Positions 35,043-45,197 of a DNA stretch of 64,000 bases are shown piece after piece; position 1 is the stretch's first letter, and each line of letters begins with the position of its first letter. The stretch is from the sequence record KJ190157, one strand, 5' to 3'. The notes under the pieces were generated by a model. That model did no database searches. It was not told where the DNA came from and worked only from the letters and a program-made list of their open reading frames with translations. Both the position numbers and the translations under genes were made by a program. Source of the stretch: Escherichia phage vB_EcoS_FFH_1.

Positions 35043-35268
35043 TTTTAGTGATCCTAATATGGTAGGTATTGATACTAGTATGTCAGCTTATCAGATTAAA
35101 ACTACTAAACCAGAAACGTTTGTGCTAAAAACAGATAAAGAAGGTAATGTTACTTTCTGGGATCCTGAAGGTTTTGTAGAGTTTTGTACTAATACTAATA
35201 ATGAGCATTTAAAAATACTATTAACTATCTATAATCTTGGTATTATAGAAGGTTGTAGAAGCAAGTAA
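35005..35268 (+). CDS. hypothetical protein (87 aa or shorter)
   Basis: last plus-strand ORF before bidirectional terminator; start uncertain. Confidence 0.3.
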   Translation: MVKAGLEAPEADNFSDPNMVGIDTSMSAYQIKTTKPETFVLKTDKEGNVTFWDPEGFVEFCTNTNNEHLKILLTIYNLGIIEGCRSK

Positions 35269-35272
35269 TATA

Positions 35273-35310
35273 AAAACCCCAGCGGACAAAATCCGCTGGG
35301 GTTTCTTTTT
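35273..35310. terminator. bidirectional intrinsic terminator at the early/late convergence point
   Basis: AAAAA-CCCCAGCGGA-CAAAA-TCCGCTGGGG-TTTCTTTTT; U-tracts available on both strands. Confidence 0.75.
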
Positions 35311-35391
35311 ACTATGCGTATATAATTATCTATCTGGATTATTGAGCTGGTTCACAAGTTTTTCAGTTCGATTAATTCTTGCTCAAATTTG

Positions 35392-37134
35392 TTAGGAACC
35401 ATTCGCTTCTTTTAATGCAGCTAATTCTGCTTCTAGGTTTTCCACCTTTTCCATCAAAGCAAGTATCGCCTCGTGGTGCAGTGCAGCTGCTACACCTGGC
35501 GTATTAACAGATTTTATGTTATCCAACGTCGAACCGTCGCGCAGAGTAACAGGTGATGACTGAGTTTCAGATACTGCTTCAGGAAAGTCTTTCTCTACAT
35601 CCTGAGCAATAAATCCATACCCAACTGAGCCGTTTGTTTCTAGCACCCATTTAACCCCTTTAATGTTTCGCATCTTAGATAGTGGATCGTTTATACGCTC
35701 AATATTACTTTTAATGCGTTTGTCGGATAAGTTTCTCCATTCTTGACCTTTTGCTATACCATCCGTCCCAAAAAGATAAGATGCAGCTCCTCCGATTCCG
35801 TTATAGACATTAAGCTGTACTCTATCTAACAACGTATTACCGGAGCGAATACCACCAAACATCCAGTTTCCATCGTACCAATCGCCGCTTATAGTGTTTA
35901 CATAATACCCTTCTGACACATTCGCGTAGTTAATCATTCTGATGGCGTTTCTTTCTATAGCGGCAACTCCAACAGAGTTTAATGGCTGTGCAACGAAGTC
36001 TTTTGCTCGTATGTATGCGTTAACCTGTAGCTCGCCATCAGACCTTAGCGTGCCAATTTGAGTTTCTGCGCTTGGGAAGTACAAAGTCCCAGCTTGATTA
36101 AATGACCACTCTTGAACCCCGTTTGATATAACTGCACCTTGTTCAGACGTCAATCCATCAATCTTTCCGTAAGATTGCAGATATGCTTGATGCGTAGTAG
36201 TTGTGCCAATCTTGTATTCTGACTTCACACTACCACCCCTTACAACTGTCCCAGTAGGAGGTTTGACAGCATCAGCGTTTATTACACTCCATGATGTATT
36301 TGCCGCAACGAAACCACCGGACGCCCGTATTACCCACACCCCGACAAAGTTTCGTGTAAGAATCTCGTCGGTTGATGCTCCGTAAATCGGACTTGACATT
36401 GAGGCATTGAAGTCGCAGGTATTATAACGCCCGGCGAGCGCCGCTGTGCCTGGGGGTATACCGTCTCCTTTTCCTTCCGGAAATACATTATTACTTGCGG
36501 TAAAAGAACCGCCTGTCATACCTAATACCTGGCCGTAAGTTTGAGCGGAATATGTGGTGAAAAAGCCTGTAATATTAGGCGCAGCAGATTCGAACAGTTG
36601 CCCATTTGCACCACTATTCCCGCCATCTCCACGGCCATAAAGAGCACGTATTGATCCCTCCTGCACCCCATTCTTATCTGGAACACGAAAAGTTGTTGCT
36701 CCGTCACCATTAGAGTATTTGCCACGCTGGAATTTATCCGCTAACCATACGGAATCCTCTATAACACCAACCATTTGAGCGTATGCCCAAAGCTCCGGCC
36801 AGTCAGCCCTGTTAAGAAGCTGCCCATCAGAAACTACTTCATAAGGTTGAATATACGCACGGCTATCGCGAAGGTGGAAATCACCAACACCGTAATTCAT
36901 AACACCATTCATAGTGGGACCGACTGTACCGGTGTTAATCTTATTCTCTACCCAACGTTTAGTTGCGGCATCATAGTCCCCAACAGGATCTCCCGCAAGA
37001 GGGGTGGACCCAATAGGACGCACATTTAACCATGCTGCTGCACGGTCTGCAAGATCGGATAAATTGTTGTTTTTATCCATCTTTTCGTCTTTAAGTTTTG
37101 TAATATCCTGGGGGATATTAGTATAAGTAGTCAT
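35392..37134 (-). CDS. tail fibre protein with tail-collar-like domain and C-terminal S74-type intramolecular chaperone
   Basis: Collar-like segment (WPELWAYA...GDGATTFRVPD); C-terminal SDKRIKS...GYGFIAQDVEKDFPE...LEAELAALK typical of auto-cleaving chaperone domains. Confidence 0.75.
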   Translation of the reverse strand: MTTYTNIPQDITKLKDEKMDKNNNLSDLADRAAAWLNVRPIGSTPLAGDPVGDYDAATKRWVENKINTGTVGPTMNGVMNYGVGDFHLRDSRAYIQPYEVVSDGQLLNRADWPELWAYAQMVGVIEDSVWLADKFQRGKYSNGDGATTFRVPDKNGVQEGSIRALYGRGDGGNSGANGQLFESAAPNITGFFTTYSAQTYGQVLGMTGGSFTASNNVFPEGKGDGIPPGTAALAGRYNTCDFNASMSSPIYGASTDEILTRNFVGVWVIRASGGFVAANTSWSVINADAVKPPTGTVVRGGSVKSEYKIGTTTTHQAYLQSYGKIDGLTSEQGAVISNGVQEWSFNQAGTLYFPSAETQIGTLRSDGELQVNAYIRAKDFVAQPLNSVGVAAIERNAIRMINYANVSEGYYVNTISGDWYDGNWMFGGIRSGNTLLDRVQLNVYNGIGGAASYLFGTDGIAKGQEWRNLSDKRIKSNIERINDPLSKMRNIKGVKWVLETNGSVGYGFIAQDVEKDFPEAVSETQSSPVTLRDGSTLDNIKSVNTPGVAAALHHEAILALMEKVENLEAELAALKEANGS

Positions 37135-37144
37135 TAATCACCTC

Positions 37145-37411
37145 TTATGCCCATTTGCGTACACCGGGATTCTCAATAATGAATTGTTCGATGTCTGACA
37201 AGTCTATATTATCTCCTACTATCCTTATATTTATGTAATAACCTTCTTTACCAATAATAGCAGGGGTTTTACTTTTAGGGTCGTCTACCACAGGGATAAA
37301 ACCAATTTCATCTATAAACACGTTACCGTAGTTTGTCTTAAGCCACCCACTATCAACGACAACATCCAGATAATGTTTTTCATCCTTGAATTGTAAATTA
37401 ATATCTTTCAC
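37145..37411 (-). CDS. small hypothetical protein between the two fibre genes (88 aa)
   Basis: ORF filling the gap between fibre genes; stop/start adjacency with both. Confidence 0.45.
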   Translation of the reverse strand: MKDINLQFKDEKHYLDVVVDSGWLKTNYGNVFIDEIGFIPVVDDPKSKTPAIIGKEGYYINIRIVGDNIDLSDIEQFIIENPGVRKWA

Positions 37412-39862
37412 TTAAACTTTCTCCCGCATTTGACTATCTGTTAATACTCTATTCCATATTCTAAGGTTTCGCACATGACCATATAATTTAGTTGAATCGG
37501 AGGGTCTTCCTCCTATCTCCAGCAAGGAATCCGGAGGTAGCCCTTCCCACGTTGAACCGGAGGATGTTATATTCTTAAGACCATTCAAAAACGATGTTAC
37601 ATCTCCATCTTTTGTATGAATGAACCCCCATATAGACGGGACACCTACCCCACTAAATGAAGATCCGTTCGATCCTATGGAGGTTCCAGTTTCTTTATTT
37701 AAAAAGTAAACGCTGGGAACCCTTGTACCTATGACAACTTCGGATACAAAAGATTCACCAGCAGTATTGTAACGGTTGTTATCAATTATCATCGGGTATG
37801 TATTATCCAATTGAAAGCTATCCCAGTTAGTGCTTACCTCAACAAGGAATGAAATGTTCAACCCTGAGAAATTATTTCTTGCGGGTATAGTAACATAATC
37901 TAGAGCCCTTGTTGCAGGAGTGCTTCCCGTAATAATGAAGGAGGATGCACAAAAACCCTTTTCAAATTGTGGAGTACAAAATGATATCGTGTCCCCAACT
38001 TGCACAGGTTGATCATTATTCCGACAATAATTTACAGATCCAATAGAACTACCTCCACGTTCTACAAATTTACACATAGCTTCAACTTTCAACCATCCGT
38101 TGTCTTCTCTATATATTCTATGTGCTATAGTCCCTCTCCCTTCTACTATAGAAGAAACTTCGCCGGTTTCGCAATTTATGAAAGATCTAGCGCCGAGAAT
38201 AAGACCCCCATCCTCACCTACTAAATAAAATTGTGGGGTGATATAGATATCCAAGTTTGCCTTTACTCGTATAGATAAAGAAACGTATTCATTTTGCTGA
38301 CAGTTGATTGCATTTACTGTTTCACAATAAAATAATGGGGGATACTCACCTTGTGACTTTTCGTTTGCTGTCGCCGTTGCATATGCAAAACCATACTTAT
38401 CGACATTATAAGTAACATCACTACGGTATTTATCTGTATTTAATGAAGCGGGGTCATTACTGAAAGTAATGTGATTTGTCCTCTGGCCCTCAATCAAGAG
38501 TCCTTGCTTTTCAAATCTAGGTTCATCGATATTAGCAATGCAAAATTCACCATGCTTATTTATGTATGTTGCATTTGACGCACGTGAGAAACTAACAACC
38601 TTATCAGAAGGCATTGTAATAACATCTGCACCAACTGTTATTTTCTTATAGCCGGGTGAGTAACCTGCTAGCATATCAAGCGAGTCATTAAATGGAATCC
38701 ATACGTCAGGGAATGGTTGAAGATCCGGAGCCCTGTTAGCTGCAATTTCCGCACGGTCTGCTTCTGCTTTTGCACGGTCTGCTTCTGCTTTAGAGCTGTT
38801 TGCACTACCAGCAGCATTGCTAGCTTGTTGCCCGGCCTCAATAGCACTATTACCAGCTTGTGTAGCAGAAGCAGCAGCTTGGTTTTTTAAAGCTGTTGTA
38901 TCAGATACCGCGCTATCCTTAATACCTTGTGTATCCGTTTTTAATTGCTCAACATCTGCTTTTAAAGTTGTTATCTCGGATACCGCGCTATTTTTAATGG
39001 CCTGGGTATCAGATTTTAACTGTTCTACATCCGCTTTTAAAGCTGTTGTCTCTGTTACAGCACTATTTTTAATGGCCTGGGTATCAGATTTTAACTGTTC
39101 GACATCTGATTTAAGTCCTTGAATAGCAGCTACAGATTGGCTGGCAGAAGTTGCAGATCCCGCAGCATTAGTTTCACTAGCCTTAGCTTTTGTTTCCGAG
39201 GTTTTTGCATTGGTTTCAGAGATTTTTGCCGCAGATGCCGATGCAGCAGCTTGCCCAGAAAATATTTCCGCCTCATTCCTAAAACCGCTAGAATCATCCG
39301 CTGATTGAGCTGCATTAGTCTCACTGACCTTTGCGTTACCCTCGCTAAGTTTTGCATCAGCCGCTGATTGAGCTGCATTAGTCTCACTTGCCTTTGCATT
39401 AGTCTCACTAATTTTTGCAGCAGCAGCTGATGCGTCAGCGTTAGTTTCACTAGTCTTTGCATTAGTTTCACTAGTCTTCGCATTAGCTTCACTAGTCTTC
39501 GAGTTAGTCTCGGATGTTTTAGCTGCGGCAGCGGATTCTGCAGACTTATTGGCTGATGCTGCAGACTGAGTAGCAGAAGTAGCTGATTGAGTAGCAGAAG
39601 CTTCTGAAGCTCCAGCGGAAATAGCAGCATCATTTTCAGATTCTTTAGCATTAAGTTCTGAGGTTTTAGCAGCTACTTCAGAATCTTTTGCAGCCGCAGC
39701 AGATTTAGCGGCGGCCTCTATAGAAGATACTAACTCATTAGCAGTAATAGAGCTAATAGAATTTCCAAGAGTTACTGTGTATCTAGGAAATTTACTAGCA
39801 GTAGTTTTAGTATCATCAATATTTAATATTTGTTGTACAATAATCTTAGTAGTTATTGCCAT
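37412..39862 (-). CDS. ltf: L-shaped tail fibre-like protein (proximal part) with fibre repeats and C-terminal LamG-like domain
   Basis: 816 aa; N-terminal repetitive SETNAK(T/A)SETN units, three 25-aa tandem repeats, C-terminal jelly-roll-like segment ending HVRNLRIWNRVLTDSQM. Confidence 0.7.
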   Translation of the reverse strand: MAITTKIIVQQILNIDDTKTTASKFPRYTVTLGNSISSITANELVSSIEAAAKSAAAAKDSEVAAKTSELNAKESENDAAISAGASEASATQSATSATQSAASANKSAESAAAAKTSETNSKTSEANAKTSETNAKTSETNADASAAAAKISETNAKASETNAAQSAADAKLSEGNAKVSETNAAQSADDSSGFRNEAEIFSGQAAASASAAKISETNAKTSETKAKASETNAAGSATSASQSVAAIQGLKSDVEQLKSDTQAIKNSAVTETTALKADVEQLKSDTQAIKNSAVSEITTLKADVEQLKTDTQGIKDSAVSDTTALKNQAAASATQAGNSAIEAGQQASNAAGSANSSKAEADRAKAEADRAEIAANRAPDLQPFPDVWIPFNDSLDMLAGYSPGYKKITVGADVITMPSDKVVSFSRASNATYINKHGEFCIANIDEPRFEKQGLLIEGQRTNHITFSNDPASLNTDKYRSDVTYNVDKYGFAYATATANEKSQGEYPPLFYCETVNAINCQQNEYVSLSIRVKANLDIYITPQFYLVGEDGGLILGARSFINCETGEVSSIVEGRGTIAHRIYREDNGWLKVEAMCKFVERGGSSIGSVNYCRNNDQPVQVGDTISFCTPQFEKGFCASSFIITGSTPATRALDYVTIPARNNFSGLNISFLVEVSTNWDSFQLDNTYPMIIDNNRYNTAGESFVSEVVIGTRVPSVYFLNKETGTSIGSNGSSFSGVGVPSIWGFIHTKDGDVTSFLNGLKNITSSGSTWEGLPPDSLLEIGGRPSDSTKLYGHVRNLRIWNRVLTDSQMREKV
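38885..39109 (-). repeat. three tandem 75-bp direct repeats inside the tail fibre gene
   Basis: units start at 38885, 38960, 39035; each encodes a 25-aa repeat (..DVEQLKSDTQAIKNSAV..TALKA). Confidence 0.8.
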
Positions 39863-40284
39863 TATCTAGTTACCCCATCACTGATAAATACTTTACCCTC
39901 CATTATACGAAAAGAGCTAATAGCTGATCCTATGACATCTCGTGTCATAATTATATCATAGTATCCTGCAAAACGTTGGCGAGGGTTATACTTATCTCTC
40001 TCTTTGGTAGCTTTTTCGCCGATATTATCTACCGCCTCTACAGGTAAACTTATAGCTATAGCACCTTGAGCAGCATCAATAATTTTAGTAGTAAAAGATG
40101 CCAAAGTTTCCGCGTCCTCATCAAGCCCGGCCTTTATAGTACCCCTTAGGGAATACCCTGTTAAGTTAACAGGGGTATTTGTAGGTGGATAAGTACTATC
40201 ATCAACATCTAAGAATTGCATCATTAGACCATAAGGTACTTTCTCATCTATCACTAAGTCTATAACTCTATTTTCAGTACTCAT
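39862..40284 (-). CDS. small tail (collar-like) protein (140 aa)
   Basis: Position between fibre and baseplate genes; size matches T5 p132 from memory. Confidence 0.45.
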   Translation of the reverse strand: MSTENRVIDLVIDEKVPYGLMMQFLDVDDSTYPPTNTPVNLTGYSLRGTIKAGLDEDAETLASFTTKIIDAAQGAIAISLPVEAVDNIGEKATKERDKYNPRQRFAGYYDIIMTRDVIGSAISSFRIMEGKVFISDGVTR

Positions 40285-40290
40285 TATTTA

Positions 40291-42348
40291 TTACCTTATA
40301 TGGATATACCCACTATTTAGGTCTATCTTCATCTTGTAGTATGCCTCAGGGTTTCCGGATAATGCAGCGTTCCTATCATAAATGATGTTAACACCGATCT
40401 GGGATAAAAAAGCATTTCCTGCTACAATTTTATCTGCCGTCACCGTTCCGTTAACAATCATGTTTCCGTGGAGAACCATTGCAGGGTTAACCCACCCAGA
40501 TCCATTCCATTGTCTGGTAAATGCTGATTGGGGGGCATTACTATTAAATTCAGTTAATACATCGTATTTAACTGGTGGAGAACCGAAGTTACTTTGAAAG
40601 AAGGAATTAGCTTGTCCATCATCCCAACCACCTAAACCTGCTATACCTACAGAATACATCCCAGGACCACGTTGTCCATCATGCCCTATAGTACCTTCAG
40701 TACCACTCCACTGAACTACATCCGACCAGCTAGTACCCTCTAATAACCTATTAGTAACTGGATCAAGCGTACCTGTAGTGGCATAGATATTTTGTGCCAT
40801 ATCTGTACGGTTAGGCGGAGTTTTTGACCAACCAGGAGGCGGATAATCTTGTTCTAGTGGTTTAGCAGGTAGAGATGTTGCTAACTTATAAACAAATACT
40901 GTTTGCTTACCTTGCATACCAGTACCCAGATCTACATCGCCATTAGGAGTTCCAATTACTACACCACTAGAGATACGCAAAGTAGTACCATCATAACGTA
41001 TCCATTGTGTAGCGTTACCAATGTCTAGTTTAGCTTTGGCAGAAGTATTATCCATACCCATCCAAATACCGGAGTTATTATCACCCCAAGATTTACCTTG
41101 AGTGTAAATTGCTGGATTATCCTTACCAGATAAGTTAGTCATGATAAAGCTCGCAGCATTAATATCTCTAGTAATTACTTTACCATCAACGTTAACAACA
41201 CGGTTTATAGGGTCAAAAGAAATAGGTGCTTTTCCTTCTTCATCTAGCAGACCAATGTTAATAGCACCAGTAGCTGCGTCGATTAAGAATGTCTGTCTCC
41301 AGATTTCTCCATCTTTCATGCTGCCCTTAATAAAGGCATAGTTAACATCAATACCAGTCTCATTGACAAAGCTGTTGTCTAGAGGAGTATCTTCATTTAA
41401 TATAAATGTTACAGGAGCTGATTCTGTTATATCTTGCTTATTTGGTCCCCAGGCAATTGATGATACCTTAAAAGTATGCTCAACTTTCCACGGGAATGAT
41501 ATAATCGTTGCAGCTCTAGCAGCCCCAACGTTTATCTTTTGAGCTTTAGCCCAGCCAGTCTTAGCGTATTCTTCAGAGTTTATATAAGTAACCAGAAATT
41601 CACGGACATTAGCACCCGCACCACGTTCCCAGTCCCACTCTATTCTGACATCATATCGTTCCTTACCATCTGCAATTCGTGCAGCTTTAAAGGCAATGTT
41701 AGTAGGTGCAGTAGGTGGTACAAAATTATAAGCTACAGTGAAAATGCTAGGATATTCATAATAACCAGATGAGTCAACTGTAACACCATCTGGCATCGTA
41801 ATTTGACCAGATATTCTGATCTTATAGTCGCCAACAGGAACACCACCAAATTTGATAGTAGGTCCCAGTGCGCCTATATAATATTTAACCCATTCACTAT
41901 CTTCTGATGCAGTACTTTTTAATTCAATAGTGCAGTAACTAGCTTCACCAGCAGTCTCTACAACAACTATTGGAGCACCAACACCAACGTCAACGGGTTC
42001 TGATTCAGATCTTGCTGCAGTAATTATTGGCTTTTCCTTTGTTCTAAAGTTAGTTTCATTAGAGAGGTTGATACCAATCTTAGCTTCCAGTAACTCTGAG
42101 TCAATAATTGAGTCATAGAAAGCCCCCTGAATCTCATAGGAGGTAGAGGGGGTTAGATTATTAATCATTACGAAGAAAGTATCTATACCGGTGTAATCAC
42201 GTCTATCTATACTTTCTCCTATTTTTAACCAAAAAGATCTACCAATAACATCATAATCAGTATAAATGGAGTGCTGGACATAAGCCAAAGTATATCCAGT
42301 CATTATACTATTTAAGACCATTTTGGCTGGTGCATTATTTGAAATCAT
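40291..42348 (-). CDS. tail tip / baseplate protein (pb4-like)
   Basis: ~685 aa in tail module; ATG overlaps upstream stop (TAATG); ORF-track GTG start at 42363 is the alternative. Confidence 0.55.
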   Translation of the reverse strand: MISNNAPAKMVLNSIMTGYTLAYVQHSIYTDYDVIGRSFWLKIGESIDRRDYTGIDTFFVMINNLTPSTSYEIQGAFYDSIIDSELLEAKIGINLSNETNFRTKEKPIITAARSESEPVDVGVGAPIVVVETAGEASYCTIELKSTASEDSEWVKYYIGALGPTIKFGGVPVGDYKIRISGQITMPDGVTVDSSGYYEYPSIFTVAYNFVPPTAPTNIAFKAARIADGKERYDVRIEWDWERGAGANVREFLVTYINSEEYAKTGWAKAQKINVGAARAATIISFPWKVEHTFKVSSIAWGPNKQDITESAPVTFILNEDTPLDNSFVNETGIDVNYAFIKGSMKDGEIWRQTFLIDAATGAINIGLLDEEGKAPISFDPINRVVNVDGKVITRDINAASFIMTNLSGKDNPAIYTQGKSWGDNNSGIWMGMDNTSAKAKLDIGNATQWIRYDGTTLRISSGVVIGTPNGDVDLGTGMQGKQTVFVYKLATSLPAKPLEQDYPPPGWSKTPPNRTDMAQNIYATTGTLDPVTNRLLEGTSWSDVVQWSGTEGTIGHDGQRGPGMYSVGIAGLGGWDDGQANSFFQSNFGSPPVKYDVLTEFNSNAPQSAFTRQWNGSGWVNPAMVLHGNMIVNGTVTADKIVAGNAFLSQIGVNIIYDRNAALSGNPEAYYKMKIDLNSGYIHIR

Positions 42349-45197
42349 TAAATGGATGCCCACTCCACAGACTGTTCTCCATCATCCCCTTCAGCCCTAA
42401 TACGAAAATACAATTTTCTATTTATACCTAGAGCACCACTGTTCTGGAGAGCAAAGTCTGCCTTATTATACGTTAATAAATAGTCATAAGTATACTGATT
42501 TTCAATACGTACACTTCTTAACATCCTATTTTGTGAATCGTGTATTTCAAGGGTATAAAATATACTCTCTATTATATCTTCTTCAGGTATTCTATCCCAG
42601 GCTAGTTTCACATCTGGGCCAACAAACTCAGTTACATCTCCGGAAGCAGTATTAGTTACCCTAAAATTAGATACTACACTAAGGTTTTTAGCAGAGTTAA
42701 GTTCTATAGACAGAGTCACCGGGGAACTTCTTCTACCATTAATATCTACTGCCCTTATCTCAAATATAGCCAGACCTGCTGGTTCTCCAATTATTTCTTG
42801 GATCATACGTTCGTTAGGGTTGGTCTCTAACTGTTGTACTATGTAAGGTTCGGCATGGCCTGAGTGCACGATAGAGTAATAAACTACATTATTGGTTAGA
42901 CTCGGAAGCCAGGATAACTCACCATTTTTACCTATAGAACCAACTAAGCCACCGGGTGTAGGAGTATACTTAAAATCTCTAGGAGGAAGAACATTGTTAC
43001 TAATATCTGGTATATCATTACCGCTATTATCAACCTGCTCAGAGTTAATGAATACATCTTCTCCATACTCCTGTAGAGTAACATTTATCTTACCCTCTCT
43101 AGAGTTTTCAACCTCATCAACTAGGAAATACTTTTTGTCCCATCCATAACGATCATATGTGAATGCAATAGCATCATTAGGCTCAATACCAATGAATTGA
43201 TATGGCAATGAGAAAGAAAGTGTTCTTGAGTATCTGGATTTCTTAAGTTCTCTATCCGCAAAACTTCTTGCAGTATAGTAATTAGTAATATTAGCAAAAG
43301 ATAGTTGTAATTTTTTATCCAGGTTCTTGTCCTGTTCCTTATACTTGGAGTTATAGAATGTAATGGAATTAGTTTTCCAGCTAAGGGCTGGGTCTACGAT
43401 AGATGCTTGAACTGAGTTGAATTTATTTCTACCAGTAGTATCTGATAGCTCCAAATCACCATAAGTATCTAGAAAATTAATCTCTAATGGAGTATTAGAG
43501 TATTTTTCTACAGTAACCCTGTACTGGCCAGATAAGTTGTTAATAGCCCCACCGTAGGACTCTAATAAACCTTGCACATTTTTAAATACTGATTCAGATG
43601 TATCCAGAATAGTATTCATTTGTACTATTTGTCTATTTTCTGCTAGTGGATCAGTCCACCCAACGTATCTCCAATATGGCTGCCAAGATACCTGATAGGA
43701 TTCATCTATAATATCTAAAATAGCTGCTTCCTGTATTAATTGCTGAAGGGGGAACTGATCAATGGTAATATTAGCGCCATATCTATCAGAGGTTAAGTAA
43801 TCAAGTGTTTGCCAAATACCATTTAAACTAGTACTATTAGCAGTTACTCTACCATCAGAATGATAGACTTTTACTTTTTTACCTTGAATTTCAGCACTAA
43901 CTTCAGGAATCTCAGTCCTATTTTCATTAATAGTGAAGCGCACCACTGCGTATGCAGTATCTAATAGTTTATACCTAGCATCCCAGTACTCCGGTCCATT
44001 GCCATTCATATTCTGAAGGTAGAACCCACGTTCTTTAGCTATATCTACTAGTACTTCAGAAGCCGTTTGATCAGATTTTCCATGATACGTCCAAATTCTT
44101 ATGTCACCATTACCATCATTATACTTATATTCCTGCCCATGCACGGAAGGACTACTAGAAGGTGTTCCTGACGCTATTCTTTGCATGGTGTCCCCAGCCA
44201 CTTTTTTAGTACCAAAGCAGGTTCTAGCGGAGCTATCATTAGCATCTACGCAGATCATAGGGTTATCACCAAAGGAGAAATCAAGAAAACCATCAATCTC
44301 CCCCTCAGCAAAGGCATATACGACATAAACTATGTTGGGATTGTGTAGTTCTGTATCAGCAAAAATGGGTATTCCAGGAATTTTTTGAACTCCATAAACC
44401 ACCGGTATGTATTTAGCAGCAAGGTTAAAATCTATATCCACTTCCTTAGTGACAGTTTCATAGTATTTTTTAAGGCTGTAGCTTCTAGATAAACCAAATA
44501 GCTTTTTCTTAGACTTTAGCTTGTATCTTTCTTCCTGTACCTGATATTTTGCTAGAATAGAGATACTTTTATTGGCATGAAAGAACCCATAATCTTCTTG
44601 GTATTCAAGTCTTTTAGCCCCGTTAGATGGAACTAACTGCCCTGCTACAACCTCAAGCCCTCTATGAGAAGCATCATCAGTAAATCTACCATTAACCCTA
44701 TCAAAATCATAGAACTGGTTAGAACAATTCCAAGTAATTGTGGATGTTCCAACCCCAGAAGTACTAATGTTGTCCTTAATACCACCACCGGTAATTCTTC
44801 CTCTAAAGTATAATAAAGGGCCATTTGTGTCTGGGTCTACCGGTAAAATAGAACCATCTTCTGTAATAATTGCTTGGTGGATTGATACTATTCTATCTAA
44901 AAAGGACACACCATTCTGCACTAATTTAAGTACTTCATCCTGCGCTGTACCTGTAATAGTAAAAGATAGACTGCCAATAGATAAATCTCTATTTTGTTTA
45001 TGTGTGCTAATGGACTTAACCTTACCGGCCTGGTACAAAATACCATTATATAGTACATCTCTAAAATAATCAGTTAAATAAATAAAAGCAGTACTAGTAC
45101 CAGTAGAGCCAGGTAATTCTAGGGAAATTAGACTAGCAGTTTTTATTCTGCTATTATTTTTTAAGTAGTTTCTAGCACTATCTAGTATTTTCTTCAT
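42348..45197 (-). CDS. baseplate hub protein (pb3-like)
   Basis: 949 aa, downstream of Dit-like gene with ATGA overlap; size equals T5 pb3 from memory. Confidence 0.6.
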   Translation of the reverse strand: MKKILDSARNYLKNNSRIKTASLISLELPGSTGTSTAFIYLTDYFRDVLYNGILYQAGKVKSISTHKQNRDLSIGSLSFTITGTAQDEVLKLVQNGVSFLDRIVSIHQAIITEDGSILPVDPDTNGPLLYFRGRITGGGIKDNISTSGVGTSTITWNCSNQFYDFDRVNGRFTDDASHRGLEVVAGQLVPSNGAKRLEYQEDYGFFHANKSISILAKYQVQEERYKLKSKKKLFGLSRSYSLKKYYETVTKEVDIDFNLAAKYIPVVYGVQKIPGIPIFADTELHNPNIVYVVYAFAEGEIDGFLDFSFGDNPMICVDANDSSARTCFGTKKVAGDTMQRIASGTPSSSPSVHGQEYKYNDGNGDIRIWTYHGKSDQTASEVLVDIAKERGFYLQNMNGNGPEYWDARYKLLDTAYAVVRFTINENRTEIPEVSAEIQGKKVKVYHSDGRVTANSTSLNGIWQTLDYLTSDRYGANITIDQFPLQQLIQEAAILDIIDESYQVSWQPYWRYVGWTDPLAENRQIVQMNTILDTSESVFKNVQGLLESYGGAINNLSGQYRVTVEKYSNTPLEINFLDTYGDLELSDTTGRNKFNSVQASIVDPALSWKTNSITFYNSKYKEQDKNLDKKLQLSFANITNYYTARSFADRELKKSRYSRTLSFSLPYQFIGIEPNDAIAFTYDRYGWDKKYFLVDEVENSREGKINVTLQEYGEDVFINSEQVDNSGNDIPDISNNVLPPRDFKYTPTPGGLVGSIGKNGELSWLPSLTNNVVYYSIVHSGHAEPYIVQQLETNPNERMIQEIIGEPAGLAIFEIRAVDINGRRSSPVTLSIELNSAKNLSVVSNFRVTNTASGDVTEFVGPDVKLAWDRIPEEDIIESIFYTLEIHDSQNRMLRSVRIENQYTYDYLLTYNKADFALQNSGALGINRKLYFRIRAEGDDGEQSVEWASI

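Noticed and set aside
38817-39651. Alternative-frame ORFs (38817..39122, 39119..39304, 39130..39651) inside the tail fibre gene.
   Set aside because: They lie within the tandem-repeat region of a long, well-supported fibre ORF; repeats keep other frames open by chance.
35392-39862. Idea that the two fibre ORFs are one T5 pb1 gene interrupted by a 280-bp insertion carrying the 88-aa ORF (816+580 = 1396 aa).
   Set aside because: The 816-aa ORF ends with what looks like a complete LamG-like domain and a clean stop; the 580-aa ORF has its own N-terminal region; chaperone-domain length does not match my memory of pb1. Kept as a low-weight alternative because I cannot align to T5 pb1 here.
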